A stretch of DNA of 64,000 nt from Candidatus Sulfobium sp. (lineage in GTDB: Bacteria > Nitrospirota > Thermodesulfovibrionia > Thermodesulfovibrionales > UBA6898), in the NCBI GenBank assembly GCA_037380845.1, contig JARRRI010000009.1:1-64000 (forward strand), given 5' to 3'. Made by a program: the position numbers and the translations under genes. Shown here in pieces: positions 8,227 through 17,791 of the stretch (positions within the stretch are counted from its first letter, which is position 1; the number at the start of each line of letters is the position of its first letter). Under the pieces are notes generated by a model, which saw nothing but the letters and a program-made list of their open reading frames with translations, was not told the origin of the DNA and did no database searches.

Positions 8227-9306
8227 ATGCAGCAGTCCATCCCGGGCAGAATAGCAGACAAGGTACTTTCAGGCACACGTCTTACGCGAAGCGACGCCCT
8301 CCGACTATTCGAGACCGATGACATCTTTTCGCTGGGAAAGCTCGCGGCACATTCCGCCGAGAAAAAGAACGGCAAAAGGGCTTATTTCATCAGAAACAGG
8401 CATATCAATCCTACTAACATCTGCATCAACCGGTGCAGGTTCTGCGCCTTCAGCAGGTCGAAAGGTCAGGAAGGCTCCTTCGAGTTGACGACTGAAGAGA
8501 TACTGAGAAAACTGAAGGTCCGATTGTCGAAGGACCGCCCGACAGAGCTCCACATTGTCGGGGGACTCCATCCGGACTGGCCCTTTGAGCATTACCTCGA
8601 AATGATCGCCTCGGTGAGCAGGGACCATCCCGGACTGCACATCAAGGCCTTTACGGCAGTCGAAATCGATTACATGTCCAGGATAAGCGGCCTCGGTCTT
8701 TCCGAAACCCTCTCCCGGCTGAAAAAAAGCGGCCTCGGGTCGATGCCGGGCGGCGGGGCCGAGATATTCGCCCCGGAAATCAGGAACAGGCTCTGCCCGG
8801 AAAAGATATCCGGAGCGCGATGGCTGAAGGTTATGGAAACGGCCCACGCGGTGGGGATAAGAACAAACGCAACCATGCTTTACGGGCACATTGAAGACTA
8901 CCGCCACCGCGTCGACCACTTCGTCAAGCTCAGGGGCCTTCAGGACAGGACAGGAGGGTTCCAGGCATTCATCCCCCTGGCATACCACCCCAAAAATACC
9001 GCCATAAGAGGGAAATATACGTCAGGCATCGATGACCTCAGGATGATCGCGGTAAGCCGCCTGGTTCTGGACAATTTCGATCACATCAAGGCATATTGGA
9101 TAATGCTCGGGGAAAAGGTCTCTCAGCTGGCCCTCAAGTTTGGGGCGGACGACATCGACGGAACGATCATCGAAGAGAAGATCACCCATTCGGCCGGTGC
9201 CCTGACCGGCGAGGGCATGACGGCCGAACAACTCGCTTACATGATCAGGAAAGCGGGCAAGATCCCGGTCGAAAGAGATTCTTTCTATAAAAGGGTGCGG
9301 CGATGA
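8227..9306 (+). CDS. mqnE: Aminofutalosine synthase (radical SAM, CofH/MqnE family)
   Basis: NRHINPTNICINRCRFCAF, ELHIVGGLHP, HIKAFTAVEI, HIKAYWIMLG. Confidence 0.9.
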   Translation: MQQSIPGRIADKVLSGTRLTRSDALRLFETDDIFSLGKLAAHSAEKKNGKRAYFIRNRHINPTNICINRCRFCAFSRSKGQEGSFELTTEEILRKLKVRLSKDRPTELHIVGGLHPDWPFEHYLEMIASVSRDHPGLHIKAFTAVEIDYMSRISGLGLSETLSRLKKSGLGSMPGGGAEIFAPEIRNRLCPEKISGARWLKVMETAHAVGIRTNATMLYGHIEDYRHRVDHFVKLRGLQDRTGGFQAFIPLAYHPKNTAIRGKYTSGIDDLRMIAVSRLVLDNFDHIKAYWIMLGEKVSQLALKFGADDIDGTIIEEKITHSAGALTGEGMTAEQLAYMIRKAGKIPVERDSFYKRVRR

Positions 9307-10430
9307 AAGGGAAAGAGAAGGCATTAAATGAGCGGCTGGCCTCCAAAAAAGCCTTGTCTCTCCTCAAAAATGCGGACCTTCTGGAAGTCGGCCTGATGGC
9401 CGACAACGTGAGAAAGGCCCTTCACCCGGAAGGCAGGGTCACATTCGTTGTCGACAGGAACATCAATTACACGAACATTTGCGTTAATAAATGCACCTTC
9501 TGCGCCTTCTGGCGTGATGAGGACGCACCTGATGCCTACCTGCTGGACAGTGATACACTCTTCCGCAAGATCGAGGAAACCATGGATCTCGGCGGTACCC
9601 AGATCCTTTTGCAGGGAGGCCTGCATCCCGGACTCGGCATCGACTACTATTGTTCACTCCTCCGCTCGATCAAGGAAAGGTTCCCCATCAACATCCATGG
9701 ATTTTCTCCGCCCGAGATCTGCTATATCGCAGATTCAACCGATCTTACCGTACGGGAGACTCTTCGTATCCTGCTGGATGCGGGGCTTGACTCCATTCCG
9801 GGAGGCGGCGCGGAGATACTCTCCGACCGGGTGAGAGAGGTGCTCAGCCCCAGGAAGATACTTTCATCACGCTGGCTCGGGGTGATGGAGGCGGCGCACC
9901 TGCTTGGGATGCGGACCACCGCCACCATGATGTTCGGGAGTATCGAAAAACCGGAAGACATAATTGTTCATCTCGATTCGCTCCGGAAACTCCAGGACAG
10001 GACAGGCGGGTTCACAGCATTTATCCCCTGGTCTTTTCAGCCGGGCAACACAGAGCTTATCCGGAAATCAAAAGTCAGAAGCCGGAAGCCGGAATCGAAA
10101 AAACCCGGAACTCAAAATTCAGGACTCAAAACCGGCGGTTCTCCGGCAACGGCAGTGGAGTATCTTAAGGTCCTTGCCCTCTCGAGGCTGTACCTCGACA
10201 ACTTCGACAACATCCAGGCGTCATGGGTAACGCAGGGACTGAAGCTTGCCCAGGTGGCGCTGAGGTTCGGGGCGAACGATTTCGGCTCCACCATGATTGA
10301 AGAAAATGTCGTTGCCGCGGCCGGTGTGAGTTACAGGGTGTCCAGGGAAGACATCGTTGATTCGATCGGGGCGGCCGGCTTCACACCTGCCCAGAGAGAT
10401 ACTTACTACAACTTGATAACTGAATATTAG
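9303..10430 (+). CDS. mqnC: Cyclic dehypoxanthinyl futalosine synthase (radical SAM)
   Basis: VDRNINYTNICVNKCTFCAF, QILLQGGLHP, NIQASWVTQG, GSTMIEENVV. Confidence 0.92.
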   Translation: MKGKEKALNERLASKKALSLLKNADLLEVGLMADNVRKALHPEGRVTFVVDRNINYTNICVNKCTFCAFWRDEDAPDAYLLDSDTLFRKIEETMDLGGTQILLQGGLHPGLGIDYYCSLLRSIKERFPINIHGFSPPEICYIADSTDLTVRETLRILLDAGLDSIPGGGAEILSDRVREVLSPRKILSSRWLGVMEAAHLLGMRTTATMMFGSIEKPEDIIVHLDSLRKLQDRTGGFTAFIPWSFQPGNTELIRKSKVRSRKPESKKPGTQNSGLKTGGSPATAVEYLKVLALSRLYLDNFDNIQASWVTQGLKLAQVALRFGANDFGSTMIEENVVAAAGVSYRVSREDIVDSIGAAGFTPAQRDTYYNLITEY

Positions 10431-10439
10431 GAGGCCGTT

Positions 10440-11387
10440 ATGTCCGATACGGAGACTTTATACGATGTCATTGTCATAGGGGGTGGACCCGCAGGCCTTT
10501 CCGCCGCCCAGTATGCTTCCCGGGCCGGCTTGAAAACAGTGGTCCTCGACAAGTCCGCCACAGCCGGGGCGCTGGCCTATGCAAGTGTAATCGAGAACTA
10601 TCCGGGCCTTACGAGCCCGATCCCGGGGAAGGAACTGCTCGAAATCTTCAGGGACCAGGCCATAGGCTTCGGCGCCGAGTATAAGGAGGCCCAGGTAGTG
10701 GGTGTAAAGTTCGATGCAGAGATCAAGGAAGTGTTCACCATGGACGCAAGCTACAGGGGAAAGTCGGTCATACTGGCAACCGGATCGATGGGCAGGAAAC
10801 CGACCATAAAAGGCGAGTCTGAATTTCTCGGCAGGGGAGTAAGTTACTGCGCTGTCTGCGACGCCGCTTTTTACAAGGGAAGGACCGTCTGTGTGATAGG
10901 CAACTCCGAGGAGGCGGTAAAGGAAGCCGGGTATCTGACGCGCTTCGCAGAAACGGTCTATCTGATCTCGCCGACGCCCAAACTGAAAGCAGAGAGTCAT
11001 CCTGCGCTTGCCTCAGAAAACCTCAAGGTTATAACAGGCAGTTCAGTCGCGGAGATACAGGGCAATGAAACGGTGGAAAGGATCCGTATAACCAATTCCA
11101 AAAAGGAAGAGACCGAGATCCCCCTTGAAGGCGTATTCGTGTACCTCCACGGCAGCAAGCCGATAGTGGACTTCCTTTACGGTCATGTCGACCTGACCGA
11201 AGATGAGTGCATTGAGATCAACAGGATGATGGAGACTCCCGTACCGGGCGTATTCGCCGCCGGTGATGTCACCTGCACCGAAGTGAGGCAGATAGCGACC
11301 GCCGTTGCAAACGGCTGTGTCGCCGCCCTTTCGGCCGAAAAGTACGTCCACCACAGAACGAGGCGCAGGTCCGACTGGGGAAAGTAG
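10440..11387 (+). CDS. trxB: Thioredoxin reductase family FAD oxidoreductase
   Basis: GGGPAG, GRGVSYCAVCD, GVFAAGD. Confidence 0.85.
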   Translation: MSDTETLYDVIVIGGGPAGLSAAQYASRAGLKTVVLDKSATAGALAYASVIENYPGLTSPIPGKELLEIFRDQAIGFGAEYKEAQVVGVKFDAEIKEVFTMDASYRGKSVILATGSMGRKPTIKGESEFLGRGVSYCAVCDAAFYKGRTVCVIGNSEEAVKEAGYLTRFAETVYLISPTPKLKAESHPALASENLKVITGSSVAEIQGNETVERIRITNSKKEETEIPLEGVFVYLHGSKPIVDFLYGHVDLTEDECIEINRMMETPVPGVFAAGDVTCTEVRQIATAVANGCVAALSAEKYVHHRTRRRSDWGK

Positions 11388-11802
11388 CAAGGACGAACTC
11401 AGGTAACATTGTATTGTGGCTAGTACGCGACTAGTATCTCTGGCCACGGGCTACTTTGAGAAAATCGCATATTATCAAATTCTCCAATAAACTCTCACTC
11501 TTGTCTCTAAACGCATCTAGGGAGTCCCGCAGAAAGGAATTCGTTGTCTCCAGGGAGAGGATGCTGAAAAATTCCCTTTCTGCCCTCAACGTCCCTTCCG
11601 GATATGGATCAGCTTTTTCAGGATACTTTTATGATGGGTTCAGGAGACATCCTTTTGTCTCAAGAATCCGGTGTCTTATCATTACCTTTGTCAATTTTAA
11701 ACTAACAGGCTGTCCATTATAAGCAGTTAACCAGTTGATGCGTTGGAAAGAATTATGTGATTCTGAATCAGGATATGTTGTAAACGACCAGTTCTTGAGG
11801 GG

Positions 11803-12099
11803 GTGGAAATGGGAAAACAAAATTGCTGGGAATTCAAGCAATGCGGAAGAGAACGGGAAGGCGGTAATGTGCAGGATTTATGTGTCTGTCCGGCCGCTGC
11901 AGCGGAAAGGCTGAATGGTCTGCATGGTGGTACAAATGGTGGCAGGGCTTGCTGGTTTGTCGTGGGAACGCTGTGCCACGGAGAGGTACAAGGGACCTAC
12001 GCCAAAAAATACAGATCTTGCGTGTACTGTGATTTTTATAAAACGGTCATGGAAGAAGAATGTTCCAAACCCCATGTGGAGCAGGAGATTCCTGCCTAG
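11803..12099 (+). CDS. Two-CW domain, Cys-rich protein
   Basis: NCWEFKQCGRE...CPA...GGRACWFVVGTLC...CVYCDFY. Confidence 0.8.
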   Translation: MEMGKQNCWEFKQCGREREGGNVQDLCVCPAAAAERLNGLHGGTNGGRACWFVVGTLCHGEVQGTYAKKYRSCVYCDFYKTVMEEECSKPHVEQEIPA

Positions 12100-12396
12100 C
12101 TATTCCTTCTTATTATCACAAAGGAAACAGAACTCAAGTCCCGCTATGTAATTGCCGTCACTGGTTTCCTTAACCCAGCGTACTTTAGCGGCTTCACAGC
12201 TGAAAGGAAGAGCATTGCCATAGATTCTAATTTGCTGTCCCACAAGGAGCTGGTTGGGGAGATAAAGAGACATTCCACCTGAACTTATGTCAACAGTTCG
12301 TGCTTTTTCTCTCTGCAAGGTCTCAGATTCAAGGCTGTATTCAAGTTCGCAGGGGTAGAGAACACGGATATTTTTCCTTCTGTTACCCAAATACAC
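12100..12396 (-). CDS. PilZ domain protein (c-di-GMP receptor); start uncertain
   Basis: RRKNIR (RxxxR), DISSGG (DxSxxG), AKVRWV...AGLEF. Confidence 0.8.
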   Translation of the reverse strand: MYLGNRRKNIRVLYPCELEYSLESETLQREKARTVDISSGGMSLYLPNQLLVGQQIRIYGNALPFSCEAAKVRWVKETSDGNYIAGLEFCFLCDNKKE

Positions 12397-12580
12397 TTTT
12401 TAGCGGTTTCCCCTCCGTCAGTATCATGTTTTAAATCATTGCTCACTATAATGTCAAATTAAGATTTATTAATAAACTCCTTCCCGACTTCGAGTGTAAG
12501 GCTACAGGATAGCCAACCCATTCATCCACATTCATTCTAAATATGTCCTTCATATCATGAAATGGCCTAAAATAAGGCTT

Positions 12581-12665
12581 TGGTGCGAGAGAGGGGATTT
12601 GAACCCCTACGGATTTCTCCACTGGATCCTAAGTCCAGCGCGTCTGCCAGTTCCGCCACTCTCGC
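12581..12665 (-). tRNA. tRNA-Leu(TAG)
   Basis: GCGAGAG acceptor stem, CTGGA-CTTAGGA-TCCAG anticodon arm, long variable arm, GGTTCAAATCC, CCA end. Confidence 0.97.
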
Positions 12666-12689
12666 AAAGACCGTTTGAGACATGGAACG

Positions 12690-12816
12690 CACCTCTTTTC
12701 TTAGCATGAATTTTTTCAGCGAGCTTCTCGTTCTCCGTATACTGCCGAATGCGCCGCCCGCCAGAGTTAATGGATATCCACCACGTCTTTCTATCATCTC
12801 GCCTATAGAGGCTCAA
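12690..12816 (-). pseudogene. Tyrosine integrase N-terminal fragment
   Basis: MSLYRRDDRKTWWISINSGGRRIRQ..TENEKLAEKIHAK matches integrase N-terminal arm regions; no catalytic domain follows. Confidence 0.65.
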
Positions 12817-13245
12817 TTATTCTGCCCTCCTTTCCGAGCCTCCGGTCTGGATGATTTGATTATAACGCGAAGAAGTCTCTCTTTTACAGGTTTTTACCAG
12901 TACCACAATGTCATCATAGTCAAACCGGAGAGCGCCGTTGATCTCTTTAACGGTCAGTACTCTCATCTTTTTTGTGCCCTGGTGTGAACTGAATGTTACG
13001 CCTTTCAAATTCGGTCCCACAATATAGACATGTGAATGTCGGCATGAACTTGGGTTTGGGAAATACTGTTCCACAGCTTGAACACAAAGCGACCCGAAAA
13101 GATCGCCGATTGTGAGTTTCTTTTCGCCGCCGGAGCGACGAGCAACAGTCGCCCTTGAGATGATTAGTTCCTCGGCGATCTTGGCCTGACTGTTACCTTT
13201 AGCCCTTAATTCTTCGATTTTTTCTTGCTGCTCTTTCGTGATCAC
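12817..13245 (-). pseudogene. Fused remnants of an HTH protein and an excisionase-like protein
   Basis: EKIEELRAKGNSQAKIAEELIISRATVARR (HTH); MRVLTVKEI/NGALRFDYDDI (Xis-like with the middle missing) directly upstream of the int fragment. Confidence 0.5.
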
Positions 13246-13339
13246 TGGTGTTTTGTCAACACGGCGATTATGAAGAATCATTATTACTGAAAGTTTAAGT
13301 TGACATGCTGCGATCTTCTTTGATATATCTAACAGCAGA

Positions 13340-13426
13340 GATTTTCCGATAAAGCCAAACCCTTCGTGAGAGGGGGACGGAAAGCGACGGATCTGCAACG
13401 ACACGATGGCCGCGCTGCCGAAGATC
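13340..13426 (+). ncRNA. c-di-GMP-I (GEMM-I) riboswitch aptamer
   Basis: CGATAAAGCCAAACCCTTC-GTGA-GAGGGGGACGGAAAGC...GCTGCCG: P2 with GNRA loop, GAC-GG-AAAG junction, P1 closure. Confidence 0.88.
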
Positions 13427-13453
13427 ACCAGGTGGCGCGGCTGTTATATTTTT
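13406..13453 (+). terminator. Intrinsic terminator overlapping the aptamer 3' strand
   Basis: ATGGCCGCGCTGCC pairs with GGTGGCGCGGCTGT, followed by TATATTTTT. Confidence 0.65.
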
Positions 13454-13853
13454 GGAATCCGGCAGCCGGTAATGATATCAAAAAAGGATGGGGACAGGAG
13501 CAATAAAAAAAGATGAAAGATATGGTTCATTTCTCATGTCCAAATTGAACAGGCATGAATCATTTCAGGGGGTGCCTTTAAGAAGGACGCGGCGTGAACA
13601 TCTGCACGCACTGGGGGAGGTTCTCTGAAGTGGCTAAGTAAAACTAAAGGGGGATTTCGGAGATAACAATTTAAGATTCAGGGCAAAATGGATGCTCTTT
13701 ATTTCTCAGGCATTCCGCACTGCGGAAGTGGCCGATAAAAGCTGAAAAATAACGGGCGAGTCTCCCCCAATCTCGAAGAACTGCGCTTAGGGGGGCCTTT
13801 CGTCTAATATCTGCTTCTAATAATTGGTTATATGCCGCTAAAAGGAGGTAAGT

Positions 13854-14306
13854 ATGAAGAAGATCTTGTTTTGGCTTTGCTCTGTCGCATGCTTGTCAGC
13901 ATGTGCTTTCAGCACGAGGGTGCCGTATCAGGTCAGTAGCGCCACACCTGGAGCGCAGATCTACGTGAACGGCATTTCAATGGGAATTGCTCCTATCCAA
14001 ATCGAACTGAGGTGCGATAAAGTCTGGCGCTGTCCTGCTGGTGGTTCTTGCAGCTGGGAGTTGAGTGACTATGTGTATGAAGTTGCGGCACAATCCAGTG
14101 AAGACAATAGCGGCCTGCCTCAAACGAAACGCGTTGACCCTTGCCAGCTAAAAGAAGGCCCCGGCCAAATCCATTTCGATGTCGGGTCAGACGCTGTTGC
14201 GTCACGACCGATAGACGTCAACGTCAACCAAAATGACAAAGCAATATCTCTTGATGACACCACACGAATGTTGGAGAACTCTGAAGATCAGGGCGTGCTG
14301 CACTGA
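13854..14306 (+). CDS. Lipoprotein with PEGA-like domain
   Basis: AAGGAGG RBS; lipobox LSAC; SSATPGAQIYVNGISMGIAP. Confidence 0.75.
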   Translation: MKKILFWLCSVACLSACAFSTRVPYQVSSATPGAQIYVNGISMGIAPIQIELRCDKVWRCPAGGSCSWELSDYVYEVAAQSSEDNSGLPQTKRVDPCQLKEGPGQIHFDVGSDAVASRPIDVNVNQNDKAISLDDTTRMLENSEDQGVLH

Positions 14307-14470
14307 TAATCTTTGGGAGGTGCAAGTCACATCTCTCTTGCGGGGAGCGTTTGGGAGGTGAGACTTACCCGCTTTCAATGCCTGATGATCGACATGACCA
14401 AAAAGTGGCAGAGAATATTGCAATGCATAGAAATTAGGCATTTGGACGGAAAAATCAGAAGTCTGAAAAA

Positions 14471-14509
14471 TCCTGAGTCCAGCGCGTCTGTCAGTTCCAC
14501 CACTCTCTC
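14471..14509 (-). repeat. Degenerate copy of tRNA-Leu 5' half (att-like)
   Basis: tcctgagtccagcgcgtctgtcagttccaccactctctc versus tcctaagtccagcgcgtctgccagttccgccactctcgc (12627-12665), 4 mismatches in 39 nt. Confidence 0.9.
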
Positions 14510-14922
14510 ATTCCTCGATTTTGACTTTCCAGACTTTTTACCACATTGCTCTTTCGGGCAACAAAATTCAGGGCAGAGGCAAATGCAAACCACATCTTTA
14601 CATAAATATGAAGAATGGGCACCTATAAAATCCCGGACGGCGTATTTGTCTCTTTTGACCGCTTGCAAATAATTGTTGACTTCTCCACGGGGAAGGGATA
14701 TAAGTAAATTAATAACAGGCACGCCAAGTGGTGATTTGCCCTTCTCGGAGCAGCATCACAGGTTAGGACTCAAGGACGTAGCGCTTGAATGTAACAGAGT
14801 TCGGGCAAAGTGTCACAAGATGTTCAAACCGTTGCAATGGGAAGAAGCAAACACCACTTTTTTATCGCTGACGACCGGGCCAGGACGGGGATGAAGACCG
14901 TCGGGCCTGTTGCATCCCCTAC

Positions 14923-15669
14923 CTATTCTTTCCTGCCTCCGAACACCGCAAAGATACCGTTTTTGAAGTAGCAGTCCACGTCGACAAAACCTGCTGTCTG
15001 CAGGGCTCCCAGTTGATCATCCAAAGTGTCAGGTTTGTTCATGCTGGAAGGGTCCTTATAGCGTCTGATCATGTCCTCGGGCATTTCGTCCCCGATATTA
15101 TATCGGCTCATCATATCTGCGAGCCAGTCTTTCCAGACCTCAAAATACCATTGTTCAAGTTCGTCGGAGGGAGGAAGCACGGCATCGACATCTGCGAACC
15201 GTCCGCCAGGTTTCAGGCATGACGCTATCAGGCTGAACAGGGAAGCCTTTTCCTTCATTTCAAGATGGTGAATCGCCATGGAAGAAACGCAAAAGTCATA
15301 AGTTTCCAGTCTGACCTTCCCCGCCAGAAGGTCCTGGAAGGTTGCCTGGATGAAAGTAGTGTGCCGGTATCCTTTCAGCCTTTCCATAGCCTTCTGAATC
15401 ATGCCTTTGCCGCCGTCAATCAGCGTTGCGTTCAACCCGCTATTTATTTTAAGCAGTTCCTCCGTCAAGACCCCGTCTCCGCAGCCCAGATCAAGCAGTT
15501 TGATGTCCTGCTTGCCCCGAAAGAAATGGAGAAACAGGGACGACACAAACCAGAACATTTTTCTCCGCTCCACAATATAGATATCGGCTTTATCCAGATA
15601 GTTTTCAGCAAACCTGTTCTCAGCCCATGCAGATTTATTGAAGTCACTCACGATATTTCTCCTGTCCAC
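14923..15669 (-). CDS. Class I SAM-dependent methyltransferase (CmoA-like)
   Basis: LLDLGCGDG, SSMAIHHL, LKPGG. Confidence 0.9.
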   Translation of the reverse strand: MDRRNIVSDFNKSAWAENRFAENYLDKADIYIVERRKMFWFVSSLFLHFFRGKQDIKLLDLGCGDGVLTEELLKINSGLNATLIDGGKGMIQKAMERLKGYRHTTFIQATFQDLLAGKVRLETYDFCVSSMAIHHLEMKEKASLFSLIASCLKPGGRFADVDAVLPPSDELEQWYFEVWKDWLADMMSRYNIGDEMPEDMIRRYKDPSSMNKPDTLDDQLGALQTAGFVDVDCYFKNGIFAVFGGRKE

Positions 15670-15720
15670 GACATATAATTACCACGATTGCCCCGCCGGG
15701 CGGTTTCGCGGCATGCCGGT

Positions 15721-16143
15721 TTATTCATCCGATCACCTGTACCACAATTTTTCCTTTCCTCGACCTGTTGTCAATTCTATGAATACGATTTGTTGCCATA
15801 TCCCCGGCACCATCCTGCCCTCAATCACGGGGAGCGAAAGGATGGCTTCATCAGAACTGCCCTACATGGGAAAACCCGTTGCCGTCTCCCCACGCCTTAT
15901 CATGATAGCAGGGAATGCCTGCGGGAGCGATTTTTTCCACGGCTTCCCTAAGGTCCCGCGCTATCCCGGGCTCAAACTATATGGTAGTGACTGTGTCTGT
16001 TGATCCCCGGCAAAAGATGCAACAAGACCATTTCGCACCCCTGAGTTTTTCAGAATCCTCCCAACGGTGTCGGCAATGTCCAGGGTATCACCAAACCCCA
16101 TGGTGCTTCGTTCAATAATATCCGAACGGGTAATCTCGTTCAT
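15721..16143 (-). pseudogene. yjbQ: YjbQ (UPF0047) family pseudogene
   Basis: GSTDTVTTI*FEPG...[14 protein letters not shown]...GIWQQIVFIE; one in-frame TAG and several frameshifts. Confidence 0.85.
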
Positions 16144-16559
16144 CGTCTGCCTTCGTTGAGGACCATAACAATATGGTAAAGACATCCTGTCCGGGAAATC
16201 AATTTCTGATCCGACAGGATGAGAAATAAACCCGGTTCCGCAATTATTCCGGCTGTCCTGCGCGAACAACTAACACACGTTGTGAATAAGTCTTGTTAAT
16301 AAATCCATATGTCGTTGTATTCCAAAGGCTTGTCCATATTGCCTAAAAAACAGGCACTATAAGTGCCTGAAATTACAGCGTTATGTCTGGCTGCGGACTT
16401 TTCAATAAAGTCAATACCCTTTTTGTTTTTATAGAAGACGCTGTCATAATCGCGTCTGTTGCGGGCTGACACGGAGAGGCCATTACCGACCGCGGAAGAT
16501 GGTTAACGGTCAGCAGAGATGCAGATGAGATTTCAATCAATATTTAACACTTTAAGCGC

Positions 16560-16832
16560 TCAGCCATCCTCTCTTTTCAGATAATCGCCAAGCTTGTCCC
16601 TGCTGTGCTCGTCATCATGACAGTAGACACAGAGATTCTCCCAGTTGGAACCGTCAGGCGGGTTATTCATGTGGTTTCCGTCTTTGTGGTGAACGGTCAG
16701 GAGATGGCGGTCCTTATACTCGAATTCCCTTCCGCATTTGGCGCATATGAGTCCGTGGATTCTGAGTGATTGCTCCCTGTAGCTTCCCGGCTGCCTCCCG
16801 GTCCGTTTCAGGTCTCTTATAATATCCTCCAC
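16560..16832 (-). CDS. YajD family HNH nuclease
   Basis: YREQSL...CAKCGREF...LTVHHKDGNH.NNPPDGSNWENLCVYCHDDEHSR. Confidence 0.88.
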   Translation of the reverse strand: MEDIIRDLKRTGRQPGSYREQSLRIHGLICAKCGREFEYKDRHLLTVHHKDGNHMNNPPDGSNWENLCVYCHDDEHSRDKLGDYLKREDG

Positions 16833-16883
16833 TGACTTACCGATTTATCTCTTCCCGGCCATATTATTTCACCGTCAACGATA

Positions 16884-17609
16884 TCACGTTAGTCTGAAGT
16901 GACGCGCCCACTTTATCAGTTCGACGACGAGACCCTTCAGATAGGGCCAGCCGAGAGAAACGACTATCGCCGCACCGATCAGGACCACAGCTGTCACGAA
17001 CACGGCAAATGCCCTTACCACCACACCCCGGACCACCTTCCTGACGGTCTTTTCGCTCATGACCCCAAGCCATGACAGCAGGTGAGCAGGCAGTTCAATG
17101 AAAAACCGGACGCCTTCCCGGAGCCAGACAAAAGGGTTTCTCAGGCGTGCAGCCTGCTCCTTCCGGACATCCTCAACGATACCGATATGCCTGAGCAGTT
17201 CCCGCAGCAATGTACTGCCATATTGAACCGCCACACTGCCCCTTGCCAGGATTCCCTCATGCAGCGCACTTCTTAGTTCGGGCAGCATGTTTATGATTAC
17301 CGGAGGGCTCTCATAGTGTGAACTTTCACCGGACGACCCGCGGGCCGCAAAAAACGGCTCGGAAATGATCTGCTTCTGCATGCGGTTGGACCTCTTTATG
17401 AGCCATGCGTATGTTTCTGCATCATCGCCTCTCTTGTCAATGTATTCATCGAGCCTGTCGAAATACTCGAGGGCAAAATCATGTTTGCTGCGTATATCCA
17501 GAAAAACCTTGAGCAGTTTCAGAAAGCCCGTCAGCGCTACTGCGCAGACCAGCGCCAATATATAGATTCTTTCAGGTTCGGAGATCAATCGGTCAATAAA
17601 TCTTTTCAT
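16884..17609 (-). CDS. Hypothetical membrane protein
   Basis: 241-aa ORF with N- and C-terminal hydrophobic segments. Confidence 0.7.
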   Translation of the reverse strand: MKRFIDRLISEPERIYILALVCAVALTGFLKLLKVFLDIRSKHDFALEYFDRLDEYIDKRGDDAETYAWLIKRSNRMQKQIISEPFFAARGSSGESSHYESPPVIINMLPELRSALHEGILARGSVAVQYGSTLLRELLRHIGIVEDVRKEQAARLRNPFVWLREGVRFFIELPAHLLSWLGVMSEKTVRKVVRGVVVRAFAVFVTAVVLIGAAIVVSLGWPYLKGLVVELIKWARHFRLT

Positions 17610-17791
17610 AAAATTTGCGTCGTCACTGACACAGTAAATACAGAGACCCGCCTCCTCTTACATGGTACTTCCAACTCTATAACATTTTTGCGACTGTTTC
17701 AAATATTTTACATTTTGCAGGCATCCCGCCCGTCTCATCACCGGCAGACAAAAAGAGGCGGCAGGAAAGACAAAATCGAAACAGCAGGCGG

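Larger units (their letters stand above)
12666..14470. mobile_element. Decayed integrative element upstream of tRNA-Leu
   Basis: Integrase N-terminal fragment, excisionase-like and HTH remnants, bounded by a second copy of the tRNA 5' half at 14471-14509. Confidence 0.6.

Noticed and set aside
11456..11722. ORF in AT-rich gap after trxB
   Set aside because: TTG start, no RBS, no recognisable motif
12607..14470. SSV-type split integrase, since the int fragment reads into the tRNA
   Set aside because: The in-frame sequence beyond the second att copy (14202-14470) shows no tyrosine recombinase motifs
14712..14864. 6S RNA call
   Set aside because: Shorter than typical 6S and lacks the usual gene context; kept only as an unassigned candidate
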